Assembly: GCA_019233415.1 (NCBI GenBank)
Contig: JAFAMK010000023.1
Location: 1 to 43,444 of the forward strand
DNA: 43,444 nt
Source of the DNA: Vulcanimicrobiota bacterium
GTDB taxonomy: Bacteria; Vulcanimicrobiota; Vulcanimicrobiia; Vulcanimicrobiales; Vulcanimicrobiaceae
Direction: 5' to 3'
Shown: positions 18,242 to 26,953 of the stretch, piece by piece
How the letters are laid out: each line of letters opens with the position of its first letter
Numbering within the stretch: the first letter of the stretch is position 1
Program-made: the position numbers and the translations under genes
Notes under the pieces: model-generated
The model's database searches: none
The model's input: the letters and a program-made list of their open reading frames with translations, nothing else
Told to the model about the DNA's origin: nothing

Positions 18242-18800
18242 GCCGGCGGCCGCCTTCGGGCTGATCCTCGCCCTGGCCGCCTGCACTCCGAACAAGCCCG
18301 AGACGGCCGCGTCGCCGGCCCCGACCGCGCGCCCGGTTCCCTCGGCGAGCGCGACGCAGGTTCCGCTCCACATCGAAACGCACGGCGGCAACGGGCAGTA
18401 CGTCACGATTGTGGAGACGAACCACGGCCGCAAGGTCTACACGATCCGGGCGCTGTCGGGGACGATGCAGCGCACCGGGACGAACGAAGCGACCGGGGAC
18501 CTGGAGCAGCCGCACATCACGTTCGTCGACCGCGGCGGGACGACGACGATCGCCGACGCACCGAAGGCCCACGTCGCCGAACGGGACAAGACCGTCGTGA
18601 TGACGGGCGGCGTGCACGCCGTCACCAGCGGCGGGAGCGTCCTGCGCTGCGACACCTTGACCTACTTTGGCAACACCGAACGGTTCCACGGCGAGGGCAA
18701 CGTCAACCTCACCGCGCCGAACGGGCTCGAACTGAACGGCCGGTATCTCGACGGCGACGTGAAACTGCAAGACGTGAACGTGACAGGGAATCCACGGTGA
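18228..18800 (+). CDS. lptC: LptC/LptA-family beta-jellyroll LPS export protein with lipoprotein-like signal
   Basis: LALAAC lipobox and beta-jellyroll-like repeats (VVMTGGVHAV, LRCDTLTY, GNVNL); overlaps lptB. Confidence 0.7.
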   Translation: MRSTKPAAAFGLILALAACTPNKPETAASPAPTARPVPSASATQVPLHIETHGGNGQYVTIVETNHGRKVYTIRALSGTMQRTGTNEATGDLEQPHITFVDRGGTTTIADAPKAHVAERDKTVVMTGGVHAVTSGGSVLRCDTLTYFGNTERFHGEGNVNLTAPNGLELNGRYLDGDVKLQDVNVTGNPR

Positions 18801-19540
18801 CCGACCGCGACCGGATCGTCCTCAGCTCGCTCGTGAAGCGCTACGGGCAGCGCACCGTCGTCAAGGGCATCAGCGCCGAGGTGCACCGCGGCGAGGTCGT
18901 CGGCTTGCTCGGCCCCAACGGCGCCGGCAAGACGACGACGTTCTACATGGTCGTCGGCCTGATCCGGCCCGACGGGGGGACCGTCGTGCTCGAACGCGAT
19001 GGCACGGCGCGCGAGATCACCGGCGCGCCGATGCACGAGCGAGCGCGCGCCGGGATCGGCTACCTGGCGCAGGAGAACTCTATCTTCCGCAAGCTCTCCG
19101 TCGGCGACAACCTGCGCCTGATCTGGGAGATGAACGGCGTCCCGAGCGCCGAGCGCGAGCGCCGGCTTCCCGAATTGCTCGCCGAGTTCGGGCTCTCCGA
19201 GTTCGTCGACGCGCGCGGCGACTCGCTCTCGGGCGGCGAGCGGCGGCGCGTCGAGATCGCGCGCGCGATCGCGACCGAGCCGGCGTTCCTGCTACTCGAC
19301 GAGCCGTTCACCGGAATCGACCCCATCGCCGTCGCCGACATCCAGGCGATGATCCGCCAACTGCGCGATCGCGGCCTCGGCGTGCTGATCACCGACCACC
19401 AAGTGCGCGAGACGCTCGCGATCGTCGACCGCGCCTACATCCTCAACGACGGGAAGATCGAGGTCAGCGGGACCGCGCAGGACGTCCTCGACTCGCCGGT
19501 CGCGCGCAAGTTCTACCTCGGCGAAAGCTTTCGCCTGTGA
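18797..19540 (+). CDS. lptB: LPS export ABC transporter ATP-binding protein
   Basis: GPNGAGKTTTFYM, LSGGERRRVEIAR, LLDEPF.G.DP, ITDH.VRETL and YLGESF. Confidence 0.95.
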   Translation: MTDRDRIVLSSLVKRYGQRTVVKGISAEVHRGEVVGLLGPNGAGKTTTFYMVVGLIRPDGGTVVLERDGTAREITGAPMHERARAGIGYLAQENSIFRKLSVGDNLRLIWEMNGVPSAERERRLPELLAEFGLSEFVDARGDSLSGGERRRVEIARAIATEPAFLLLDEPFTGIDPIAVADIQAMIRQLRDRGLGVLITDHQVRETLAIVDRAYILNDGKIEVSGTAQDVLDSPVARKFYLGESFRL

Positions 19541-20682
19541 CCGAGGCGCGAACGCTCGGAAGAACTGCGCCCACGCGCGCTTGGCCGCCGACGATCCTGG
19601 ACCGCTACCTCGTCTCCGAGCTCGGCGGCCCGTTTCTGTTCGGTCTCTCCGCCTTCACGCTGATCTTCGTCGCGACGCAAATCCTCGCGATCGGACGGCT
19701 CGTCTCCGAAGAGCACGCGCCGCTGTGGGCGGCGGTCGAGTACTTCCTGTGGGACATGCCCTACTATCTGCTGCTGGTGATCCCGATGGCGATGCTGCTC
19801 GGGACGCTGCTCGCGATGCAGCGGCTCTCGAGCGAGAGCGAGATCACCGCGATGAAGGCCGGCGGCATCTCGCTCTCGCGCATCGTCGCACCGCTGCTGA
19901 TCGTCGGGATCGTCGTGTCGGTCGTGTCGCTGGCGATCCAAGAGCTGTTCGTGCCGTTCGCGAACGACAAGGCCGCGTACGTGCGCCAGCAAGCGATCGA
20001 GCACGTCTCGCCGGCGTCGTCGAACCTGCAAGCGGTCACGCCGCTCCCCGGCGGCGGAAAGCAGATCACGATCGCCGGCGGGCTGGACGTCGCGACGCAG
20101 ACGCTGCTCGGCGTGACGGTGATTCGCTACGACGCGGCGCAGAAGCCGGTCGACTTCGTCGTCGCCGACCGCGCGCGCTACGTCGCGCCGACGTGGACGT
20201 TCGAAAACTCGACGACGTATCATTTCAATCCCGACGGCTCGACGGTGACGCAGACCGCGCCGACGCTCGTCGTCGACATCGGTGAGCGCCCGAACCAGAT
20301 CGCGAAGCAGTCGATCAACATCACCAACCCCGAAGACCTCTCGCGCGCCGAGATTCGCGAGCGCCTGCAGTCCGGACAGCTCTCGCCGCAGCAGCAGCTC
20401 ACGTTCACCGCGACGTACGCGTCGAAGCTGGCGCGGCCGTTCGCGGCGTTCGTGTTCACGCTGATCGCGGTTCCGTTCGGGCTGCGCCCGGTGCGCGGCG
20501 GCGGAACGGGGCTCGGCTTCGGCCTCGCGGTCGCGATCGTGTTCGTCTACTACGTGATCTCGACGATCTTCCTGACGGTCGGCTCGATGGCGGCCGGGCT
20601 CGCCGGCCCCGCGGCGTGGGCGCCGAACGTCATCTTCACCGTGATCGGCGCGTGGCTGCTGCGCCGCGCGTCGCGGGTCTGA
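19537..20682 (+). CDS. LPS export permease LptF/LptG family
   Basis: ILDRYL, SEITAMKAGGISL, a periplasmic domain, and AWAPNVIF. Single copy in this window. Confidence 0.9.
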   Translation: MTEARTLGRTAPTRAWPPTILDRYLVSELGGPFLFGLSAFTLIFVATQILAIGRLVSEEHAPLWAAVEYFLWDMPYYLLLVIPMAMLLGTLLAMQRLSSESEITAMKAGGISLSRIVAPLLIVGIVVSVVSLAIQELFVPFANDKAAYVRQQAIEHVSPASSNLQAVTPLPGGGKQITIAGGLDVATQTLLGVTVIRYDAAQKPVDFVVADRARYVAPTWTFENSTTYHFNPDGSTVTQTAPTLVVDIGERPNQIAKQSINITNPEDLSRAEIRERLQSGQLSPQQQLTFTATYASKLARPFAAFVFTLIAVPFGLRPVRGGGTGLGFGLAVAIVFVYYVISTIFLTVGSMAAGLAGPAAWAPNVIFTVIGAWLLRRASRV

Positions 20683-20689
20683 GGCGGCG

Positions 20690-21643
20690 ATGGGCTCGAA
20701 CCTGCTCGGGATCGCCGTCGTCCTCGGGATCATGCTCGTCGCCGGCGGGATCGCATACATCGGCGACCGCGTCGGCCATCAGGTCGGCCGCAAGCGGCTG
20801 ACACTGTTCGGGCTGCGGCCGAAGTACACGTCGACGATCGTCGCCGTCGCGACGGGGATGCTGATCGCGCTCTCGGTGACGCTCGCGGCGCTCGCCGGGT
20901 CGACCTACGTGCGCACGGCGATCTTCCGCATCGGCCAGATCAACGCGCAGCTGCGGGACGCGCAGACGCAGGCGCTCAAGGCGCAGAGCGAGCTCGACAC
21001 GACGCGCAACGCATCGTTCAAGCTCCCGATCGGGTACCCGATCGCGAACGTGCTGCTGACGATCCGCCCCTCGGAGACCGACGCCGTCCTGATGCCGCGC
21101 CTGATCTCGCTCTTCGACCAGACCGTGCAGCAGGCGAACGCGCAGTACGCGCGCCCGCCGTACGACCTGCGGCCGTACAAGCTGCGCGGCAGCGACCCGT
21201 CGGTTCAGGCGAAGCTGCACCAGGAGCTGGAGCGGATTCGCAGCTCGCCGCTGTTCCCGCCCGACGCGCCGGTCCTGCTCGTCCCCGAGGTCGCCCAGAA
21301 CCTGTTCCGCGGCGACGTCATCTCGTTCGCCTTCCAGCCGTTCGCGGACCGGCGGCTGGCGGTGGCCGGCGAGTCGCTGGCGTCGCTCGACGTCCAGGGC
21401 GGGCAGTCGCTGAACCTGATCGACCTGCAGACCCTGACCCGCGCGGCGACCGTCGAGGTCTCCCACCGCGGGATGCCGCCAGCGTTCGCCTTGAACTTCG
21501 CCATCAACAGCGCGCAGGCGCAGGCGATCTTCGAGCAGATCGGTCGGCTGCGCGGCCACTACCGGATCGTCGCCAAGGCCGGGCTCGACCTCTACCCGCA
21601 CTCGGGGGGCATTCTGCTCGACTTCGCGCTGGTGCCGCGGTGA
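20690..21643 (+). CDS. DUF3084-family membrane protein
   Basis: GGIAYIGDRVG..VGRKRLTLFGLRPKYT; expected neighbour of lptF/G in diderm Terrabacteria. Confidence 0.8.
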   Translation: MGSNLLGIAVVLGIMLVAGGIAYIGDRVGHQVGRKRLTLFGLRPKYTSTIVAVATGMLIALSVTLAALAGSTYVRTAIFRIGQINAQLRDAQTQALKAQSELDTTRNASFKLPIGYPIANVLLTIRPSETDAVLMPRLISLFDQTVQQANAQYARPPYDLRPYKLRGSDPSVQAKLHQELERIRSSPLFPPDAPVLLVPEVAQNLFRGDVISFAFQPFADRRLAVAGESLASLDVQGGQSLNLIDLQTLTRAATVEVSHRGMPPAFALNFAINSAQAQAIFEQIGRLRGHYRIVAKAGLDLYPHSGGILLDFALVPR

Positions 21644-22035
21644 CGGTCCTCGGGCTCGACCCGGGGACCCGCAAGTGCGGCTACGCGGTCCTGCCGGGGC
21701 TCGGGGCCGAGCCGCTCACGCTCGGGATCGCCCCGATCGAGGCCCTCGCCGAGCGGCTGCGCGAGGTCTTGCTGCGCACGCCGGTCAGCGTCGCGGCGAT
21801 CGGGCGGGGAACGAACTCGGCCGCGGTCTCGCGGGTCGTCGCGGGGCTCGGTCTGCGGGTCGAGCTGGTCGACGAGCGCGAGACCACGCTCCGGGCCCGG
21901 GCCCGCTATTTCCGCGACCATCCGCCCCGGGGCTGGCGGCGGCTGATCCCCCGCGGCATGCTCTTGCCAGAGCGTCCGATCGACGACTACGCGGCGCTGC
22001 TCATCGCTGAACGGTTCCTGACTCCGGCGGGCTGA
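21640..22035 (+). CDS. YqgF/RuvX-like RNase H-fold protein
   Basis: VLGLDPGTRKCG, VDERETT..AR.RY and PIDDYAA. Confidence 0.8.
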   Translation: MTVLGLDPGTRKCGYAVLPGLGAEPLTLGIAPIEALAERLREVLLRTPVSVAAIGRGTNSAAVSRVVAGLGLRVELVDERETTLRARARYFRDHPPRGWRRLIPRGMLLPERPIDDYAALLIAERFLTPAG

Positions 22036-22239
22036 GGGGAGGAGTCCTCACTCTTGCTTCGGTATAGCGGACTTCGGCATGCGTTCCGTACTCGGGCGCG
22101 TCTCGTTGTGCCCGCCCGGATGAAACCGAGTCGGGCTCTTGTCGCCGGTAATCGATTGGGGCAACGCGGATACCCAGTCGCCGGCGGGACGAGCGGCGCG
22201 CGAGCGGAGCAGCACGTACCACTTTTCTCGGAGGACACG
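22036..22239 (+). promoter_or_regulatory. Long structured 5' leader of the ompM-like gene
   Basis: About 200 nt intergenic with hairpins at about 22110-22136 and 22135-22194, then a GGAGGA RBS. Confidence 0.4.
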
Positions 22240-24945
22240 ATGAAGCGTCTCGCTACCCTCGTCCTCGCAGCGGGCTTCAGTTTGAGTTCGCTCGTGGCGT
22301 TGGGTCAGGGCGCCTCCGCTACGCCGTTCTCGGACGTGCCTGCGAACCACTGGGCGTATCAAGCGATCCAGTCGCTCGCGGCCGACGGCCTGGTCGAGGG
22401 GTATCCCGACGGTAAGTTCAAGGGCGACCGTCCACTCACGCGCTACGAAATGGCCGTGCTGGTGGCACGCGTCATCGCGAAGCTGCAAGCGAACGGGGCC
22501 GGGTATGCCTCGAAAGCCGATCTCGACAAGCTGCAGAAGCTGATCGACGCGCTGAAGGATGAGCTGGACTCGCTCGGCGTGCGCGTCACCAACCTCGAAG
22601 ATGCGCTCGACGCGCTCGACAAGCGCACGAAGTTCGCGCAGTCGATCCAGCTCCACGGGTCGATCCTCGACAACAACTCGTTCCGCCAGCGCTACGGCGT
22701 TCCGCAGACGATCGCGCACGGCGCCATCGATCCGTTTGTCAACGTCTTCGTAACCTCGCCGTCGAACAACAGCGCCCTCGAACAGGCCGGCGCCGGTAAC
22801 CTGATCCGGTTCGACGACAAGCTGAACTTCATCTACACGATCAACGAGAACCTGACGGTCTCGCTGCCCGTGCACATCATCAATTACAACTACGGCGGCG
22901 AGTTCACGCCGCAGGCGAAGTACTCGATCCAGCCCGACGTCGTGGTGAACATCGCCAAGGCCGGCGCGCTGACGAACCTGTACTTCCGCGACGGCCAGCT
23001 CGACAACCTCAAGTCGTCGCGCGTGGGGCTGACCTACCGCGCGCCCGACGCGACGCAGCAGGGCCCTGGCTACGAGAACCCCGTGCAGCCCTACGAGAAG
23101 GGCTTCGAGATCGGCGGCATCCTGAACGGGCTCACGGAGTTCCAGGCCTCGTGGACGCGCATCGACCAGTCGATGATCAACACGCTGACCGGCGTCGCCG
23201 ATCCGAGCGGTGAGTTCGCGAACAACAACTACTTCTTCATCGTCGACCGGCCGCAGACGAGCTACTTCCAGCCCGGCGCTCCCGGCTCGACCGCCGGCGC
23301 GCTGAAGACCGATACGTTCACCGCCAACGGCCAGTCGATCACCTCGGTCTACCTCACCGCGAAGGCCACCATCGGGACGGTCTACGTCTCGGCGGTCAAC
23401 GGGATCGCCTGCAGCCAGGCGGCGCTGACGCCGACCGGCGGCGCGTGTCCGATCGGCGGCGGCGGGTGGTACTACGTCGACTCGACGAACCAGGTCGTCT
23501 TCACGACCCCGCTCCCGGCCGGGACGGTCGTGCAGATCACCTACGTCCGCCAGACGTACAACAACAACAGCCAGTACCAGCGCTATCACGCGAACGTGCG
23601 CATCAACCAGAAGATCAAGGGTCTGCCGGGCGCCGAAGTCGGCCTCTCGGTCAGCCGCATCTTCGACTTCGCCGACCTGATCAACTCGGAGAACACCGCG
23701 TTCTACCAGTCCTCGCCCAACGGCAACGCGGCCGGCAACGGCTTCGGCGTGCTGAGCGACACGGTCTACGGCGTCGACGCGCAGGTGCCGCTGTGGTTCA
23801 TCACCCTCGGCGGTGACAAGACGCAGCACCCGGTGATCTTCGGTGAAGGCGCGTGGAGCAAGTACACGCCGGACTTCTACAACACGCCCGCCGTCACGGA
23901 CAGCGCCGCCGTGATCGGTCTGCGCCTCAAGCTCTACCAGGCGACCGCGACGGTTCAGTACCAGGCGGTCGGGCCGAACTTCATGGACGGCGGTCCGCTG
24001 CGCTACTTCGGCCCGGCGCCCTCGACGTTCCAGTTCTGGAAGGGCAACTTCTTCCCGCAGTTCTTCGGCTTCGCGAACAACCTAGCGATCAACCAGACGT
24101 TCGACTCGACGACGCCGGGCTGCACGCAGGCGATCTCGACCGCGGCCGGCACCTGCACGGCGCGTAACCCGAACCTGACCTACATCTACCCGGTGTTCAA
24201 CCCGTTCGTGGCGAGCGGCCCGCAGTTCTTCAGCGCGTTCGCGCCGAACTCGCAAGGCTTCACCGCGAACGCGACGACGCCGTTCCGCATCGGCGACCTG
24301 AAGCTGAACGGGCGCGTCCTCGGCCAGCATCTCGAAGAGATGACGCCGAACGGGTTCGGTCAGATGGCGTACTTCGGTCAGACCGCGTACGGTGGTTCGG
24401 GCACGGCCTCCGGTCAGAAGCTCAAGCTCGACAAGATCGAGGGCGGGCTGCAGTTCGGGCTCCCGGTCTTCGGACAGAACCTCGCGGTCAACCTGAGCGG
24501 CGCGACGGAGCACCTGGCGCGCAACGACAAGACAGCCTTCCCGTACGTGCCGTTCAACACGGCGTCGGGCACGGCGGACGCGAGCGCCGCGGCGCTGGCG
24601 GCCGCATATCAGGCGGGCGGCGGTACGCCGGTCCTATTCTATCCGAACTACGTCGACGAGTACCACACGACGCTGGCGGCCGGCGCATCGCTGCCGCTGA
24701 CGAAGGACCTCGTCTTCGGCGTCGACTACAACTCGCAGACCTTCCACGGGTCGTACGCGACGACGGTCGGCCAGAACATCGCCGAGCGCAAGGACCAGTA
24801 CCAGGGGACGCTCACGTACAACATCCCGAAGACGACGAGTTCGATCTCGGCCTTCTTCCGGAACCAGAAGTACACCGACAACGTCCTCCCGACGTTCAAC
24901 TTCAACCAGAATCGCGAAGACCTGAACTTCACGATCCGGTTCTAG
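22240..24945 (+). CDS. SLH-domain outer-membrane porin/tether (OmpM/SlpA-like)
   Basis: GGAGGA RBS, signal peptide, SLH domain (FSDVPANHWAYQAI...GYPDG...TRYEMA), coiled-coil stalk, aromatic-rich barrel and terminal Phe (NFTIRF); 901 aa. Confidence 0.85.
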   Translation: MKRLATLVLAAGFSLSSLVALGQGASATPFSDVPANHWAYQAIQSLAADGLVEGYPDGKFKGDRPLTRYEMAVLVARVIAKLQANGAGYASKADLDKLQKLIDALKDELDSLGVRVTNLEDALDALDKRTKFAQSIQLHGSILDNNSFRQRYGVPQTIAHGAIDPFVNVFVTSPSNNSALEQAGAGNLIRFDDKLNFIYTINENLTVSLPVHIINYNYGGEFTPQAKYSIQPDVVVNIAKAGALTNLYFRDGQLDNLKSSRVGLTYRAPDATQQGPGYENPVQPYEKGFEIGGILNGLTEFQASWTRIDQSMINTLTGVADPSGEFANNNYFFIVDRPQTSYFQPGAPGSTAGALKTDTFTANGQSITSVYLTAKATIGTVYVSAVNGIACSQAALTPTGGACPIGGGGWYYVDSTNQVVFTTPLPAGTVVQITYVRQTYNNNSQYQRYHANVRINQKIKGLPGAEVGLSVSRIFDFADLINSENTAFYQSSPNGNAAGNGFGVLSDTVYGVDAQVPLWFITLGGDKTQHPVIFGEGAWSKYTPDFYNTPAVTDSAAVIGLRLKLYQATATVQYQAVGPNFMDGGPLRYFGPAPSTFQFWKGNFFPQFFGFANNLAINQTFDSTTPGCTQAISTAAGTCTARNPNLTYIYPVFNPFVASGPQFFSAFAPNSQGFTANATTPFRIGDLKLNGRVLGQHLEEMTPNGFGQMAYFGQTAYGGSGTASGQKLKLDKIEGGLQFGLPVFGQNLAVNLSGATEHLARNDKTAFPYVPFNTASGTADASAAALAAAYQAGGGTPVLFYPNYVDEYHTTLAAGASLPLTKDLVFGVDYNSQTFHGSYATTVGQNIAERKDQYQGTLTYNIPKTTSSISAFFRNQKYTDNVLPTFNFNQNREDLNFTIRF

Positions 24946-24983
24946 TGGTACGGCGCTCTGACGAGCGCCGAGCAAGCCACCGA

Positions 24984-25034
24984 ACGAAGGAAGAAACGCC
25001 CCGGGCCGCTAGGTTCCGGGGCGTTCTCGTTCGT
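24984..25034 (+). terminator. Intrinsic terminator-like hairpin after ompM
   Basis: AACGCCCCGG...CCGGGGCGTT stem, extendable with ACGAA/TTCGT. Confidence 0.7.
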
Positions 25035-25044
25035 AGGGATCAGC

Positions 25045-25905
25045 GTGGCCCGCATGATCCTGATCGCGGCCGGCATCCTCATCGTCGGCTGGCTCGGCGC
25101 GATTCAACTCGCGTCGTCGGCGGCATACGGCGACCTCGCGGTGCGCCCATCGCTCCCCGCTCTCCTGCACGACGTCGCGCCGAAGCTGCTGCGCCCGTTT
25201 CTCGGCGGAACGGCCGCGCGCGCCGCAGCCGCACTCCACAACGGTGACCTCACAACCGCCGGCGAGTTGATCGCGACGCTCCCCGATGACGCGCCGAGCG
25301 CCGACCTGCGCGGCCAACTCGCCGAAGCACGCGGCGACCGAGACGCCGCGGTGCGCAACTACGTCCACGCCAGCGACGTAATCCGCGCACAAGCACTGAT
25401 CGAAGCAGTCGCGGTAGCCGACCCCGCACGCGCGCTCGCCGACCAACAGCGGCTAGTCGCGGGGTTGCGAGACGATCCGAGCGCTGCAGAGGTAACCGGC
25501 GAAGCGTGGTGGCGTCTCGGCCAACTGCAAGCTGCTGCCGCGTACCGCGAGTCCAATCCTGGGCGTCGTGCCGCGTACGACCGTGCCGCAGAGGCGTCGT
25601 ACGAACGTGCGCTGACGCTCGCGCCGAACGAAGAGACGTACCTGCTTGCCGCCGGCTATCAGTCGCTCAAACTCGGCGCGCTCGCCGCCGCGACGCGCTG
25701 GTACACGCACGCCGTCGAGGTCGTCCCGAACAGCGCCGACGCGTTCGGCGGCCTCGCCTGGAGTGCAGCACTGCGCGGCGACTGCGCGGGTGCGCGTACG
25801 TATCTCGCGCGGTCGCGCGCGCGGCGTGCCGCGAGCGGCGCGACCTCGCGCGACCCGGCCGCCGACCCGCTCGCCGGACCCGCACTGAAGCGCTGCACGA
25901 CGTGA
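25045..25905 (+). CDS. Membrane-anchored TPR-repeat protein
   Basis: N-terminal TM segment and TPR-like helices (EAWWRLGQL, A..SYERAL.LAP, NSADAFGGLA). Confidence 0.65.
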   Translation: MARMILIAAGILIVGWLGAIQLASSAAYGDLAVRPSLPALLHDVAPKLLRPFLGGTAARAAAALHNGDLTTAGELIATLPDDAPSADLRGQLAEARGDRDAAVRNYVHASDVIRAQALIEAVAVADPARALADQQRLVAGLRDDPSAAEVTGEAWWRLGQLQAAAAYRESNPGRRAAYDRAAEASYERALTLAPNEETYLLAAGYQSLKLGALAAATRWYTHAVEVVPNSADAFGGLAWSAALRGDCAGARTYLARSRARRAASGATSRDPAADPLAGPALKRCTT

Positions 25906-26927
25906 TCGTCGCCCTCGACACGCAACTCGCCATCGGCACCGCGACCGGAATCGGCGTCTACCAGCGCGACCTCGCCGCGGCGCTGCTCGCGGAGTCGGTC
26001 GCCGTGCGCGAGTTGCGCCTGCCGGGGCTCGATCCGTGGCGCTTCGACCGCCGCATCCTTTGGGATCAGCTTTTCCTCCCGCTCCAAGCCGCGCGCAGCG
26101 ACGCGACGGTCCTCCACGCGACCGCCGGCACGATGCCGCTCGTACGCACGCTCCCAACGGTCGTGACCGTGCACGACCTCGCCTGGCACCGCGTGCAGGG
26201 CCACACTCGCTCCTACGCGCGCACCTACTTCGGCGCGCTGCAATCGCGCGCGTACCGCACCGCGTCGGCGATCGTGTGCGACTCGCAGTTCAGCGCGGAC
26301 GAGTACCGCGACCTCGTCGACCCGAGCGCGCATGTCGACGTCGTCCACCCAGGGGTCGACCAGCGTTTCGCCGCGCTCACGCGCACGCCAGACGAGTCGC
26401 CGTTCGCGCTCGTCGTTGGCACAGTAGAGGCGCGCAAGAACCTCCTGGTCCTCGTCGAGACGCTCCCCGCGCTCACCTCGCTGCGCCTCGTCTCGGTCGG
26501 ACCGTTCACACCGTACGCCGACATCGTCCGCGCGCGTGCGGCGGAACTCGGCGTCGTCGACCGCGTCGAGCTGCGCGGATACGTCACACGAGCGGAGGTC
26601 GACGACCTTTATGCGCGCGCGGCGTGCGCGCTCGTCCCGTCACGCTACGAGGGCTTCGGCTACGCGCTTGCCGAGGCGCTATGCGCCGGGCTGCCGGCGG
26701 TCGCTGCGCGCTCTTCATCGCTGGTCGAGGTCGCGGGGGACGACGTCGCACTGGTGCCACCGGACGACGCCGTCGCGTGGACCGACGCGATCCGCGGCGT
26801 GCTCACCGACCGTGACGCGGCGCAGACGCGTGCCGGAGCACTGCGTGCGCGCGCGGCAGAACGCTTCAGCTGGCCGACCGCCGCGATCCGGATGATGGAA
26901 ATCTACGCAGACGTCGAGGGGCGGTGA
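25902..26927 (+). CDS. Glycosyltransferase family 4 (GT-B)
   Basis: GTG 25902 overlaps the previous stop. Motifs TGIGVY, VVTVHDL, VGTVEARKN, PSRYEGFG..LAEA and FSW. Confidence 0.9.
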   Translation: MIVALDTQLAIGTATGIGVYQRDLAAALLAESVAVRELRLPGLDPWRFDRRILWDQLFLPLQAARSDATVLHATAGTMPLVRTLPTVVTVHDLAWHRVQGHTRSYARTYFGALQSRAYRTASAIVCDSQFSADEYRDLVDPSAHVDVVHPGVDQRFAALTRTPDESPFALVVGTVEARKNLLVLVETLPALTSLRLVSVGPFTPYADIVRARAAELGVVDRVELRGYVTRAEVDDLYARAACALVPSRYEGFGYALAEALCAGLPAVAARSSSLVEVAGDDVALVPPDDAVAWTDAIRGVLTDRDAAQTRAGALRARAAERFSWPTAAIRMMEIYADVEGR

Positions 26928-26953
26928 GAATAACCCTTCGACGCGACGCGAAA

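Noticed and set aside
21640-22035. RuvC-like gene as a transposase or TnpB remnant
   Set aside because: It is a small YqgF-like protein coupled to DUF3084, with no terminal repeats.
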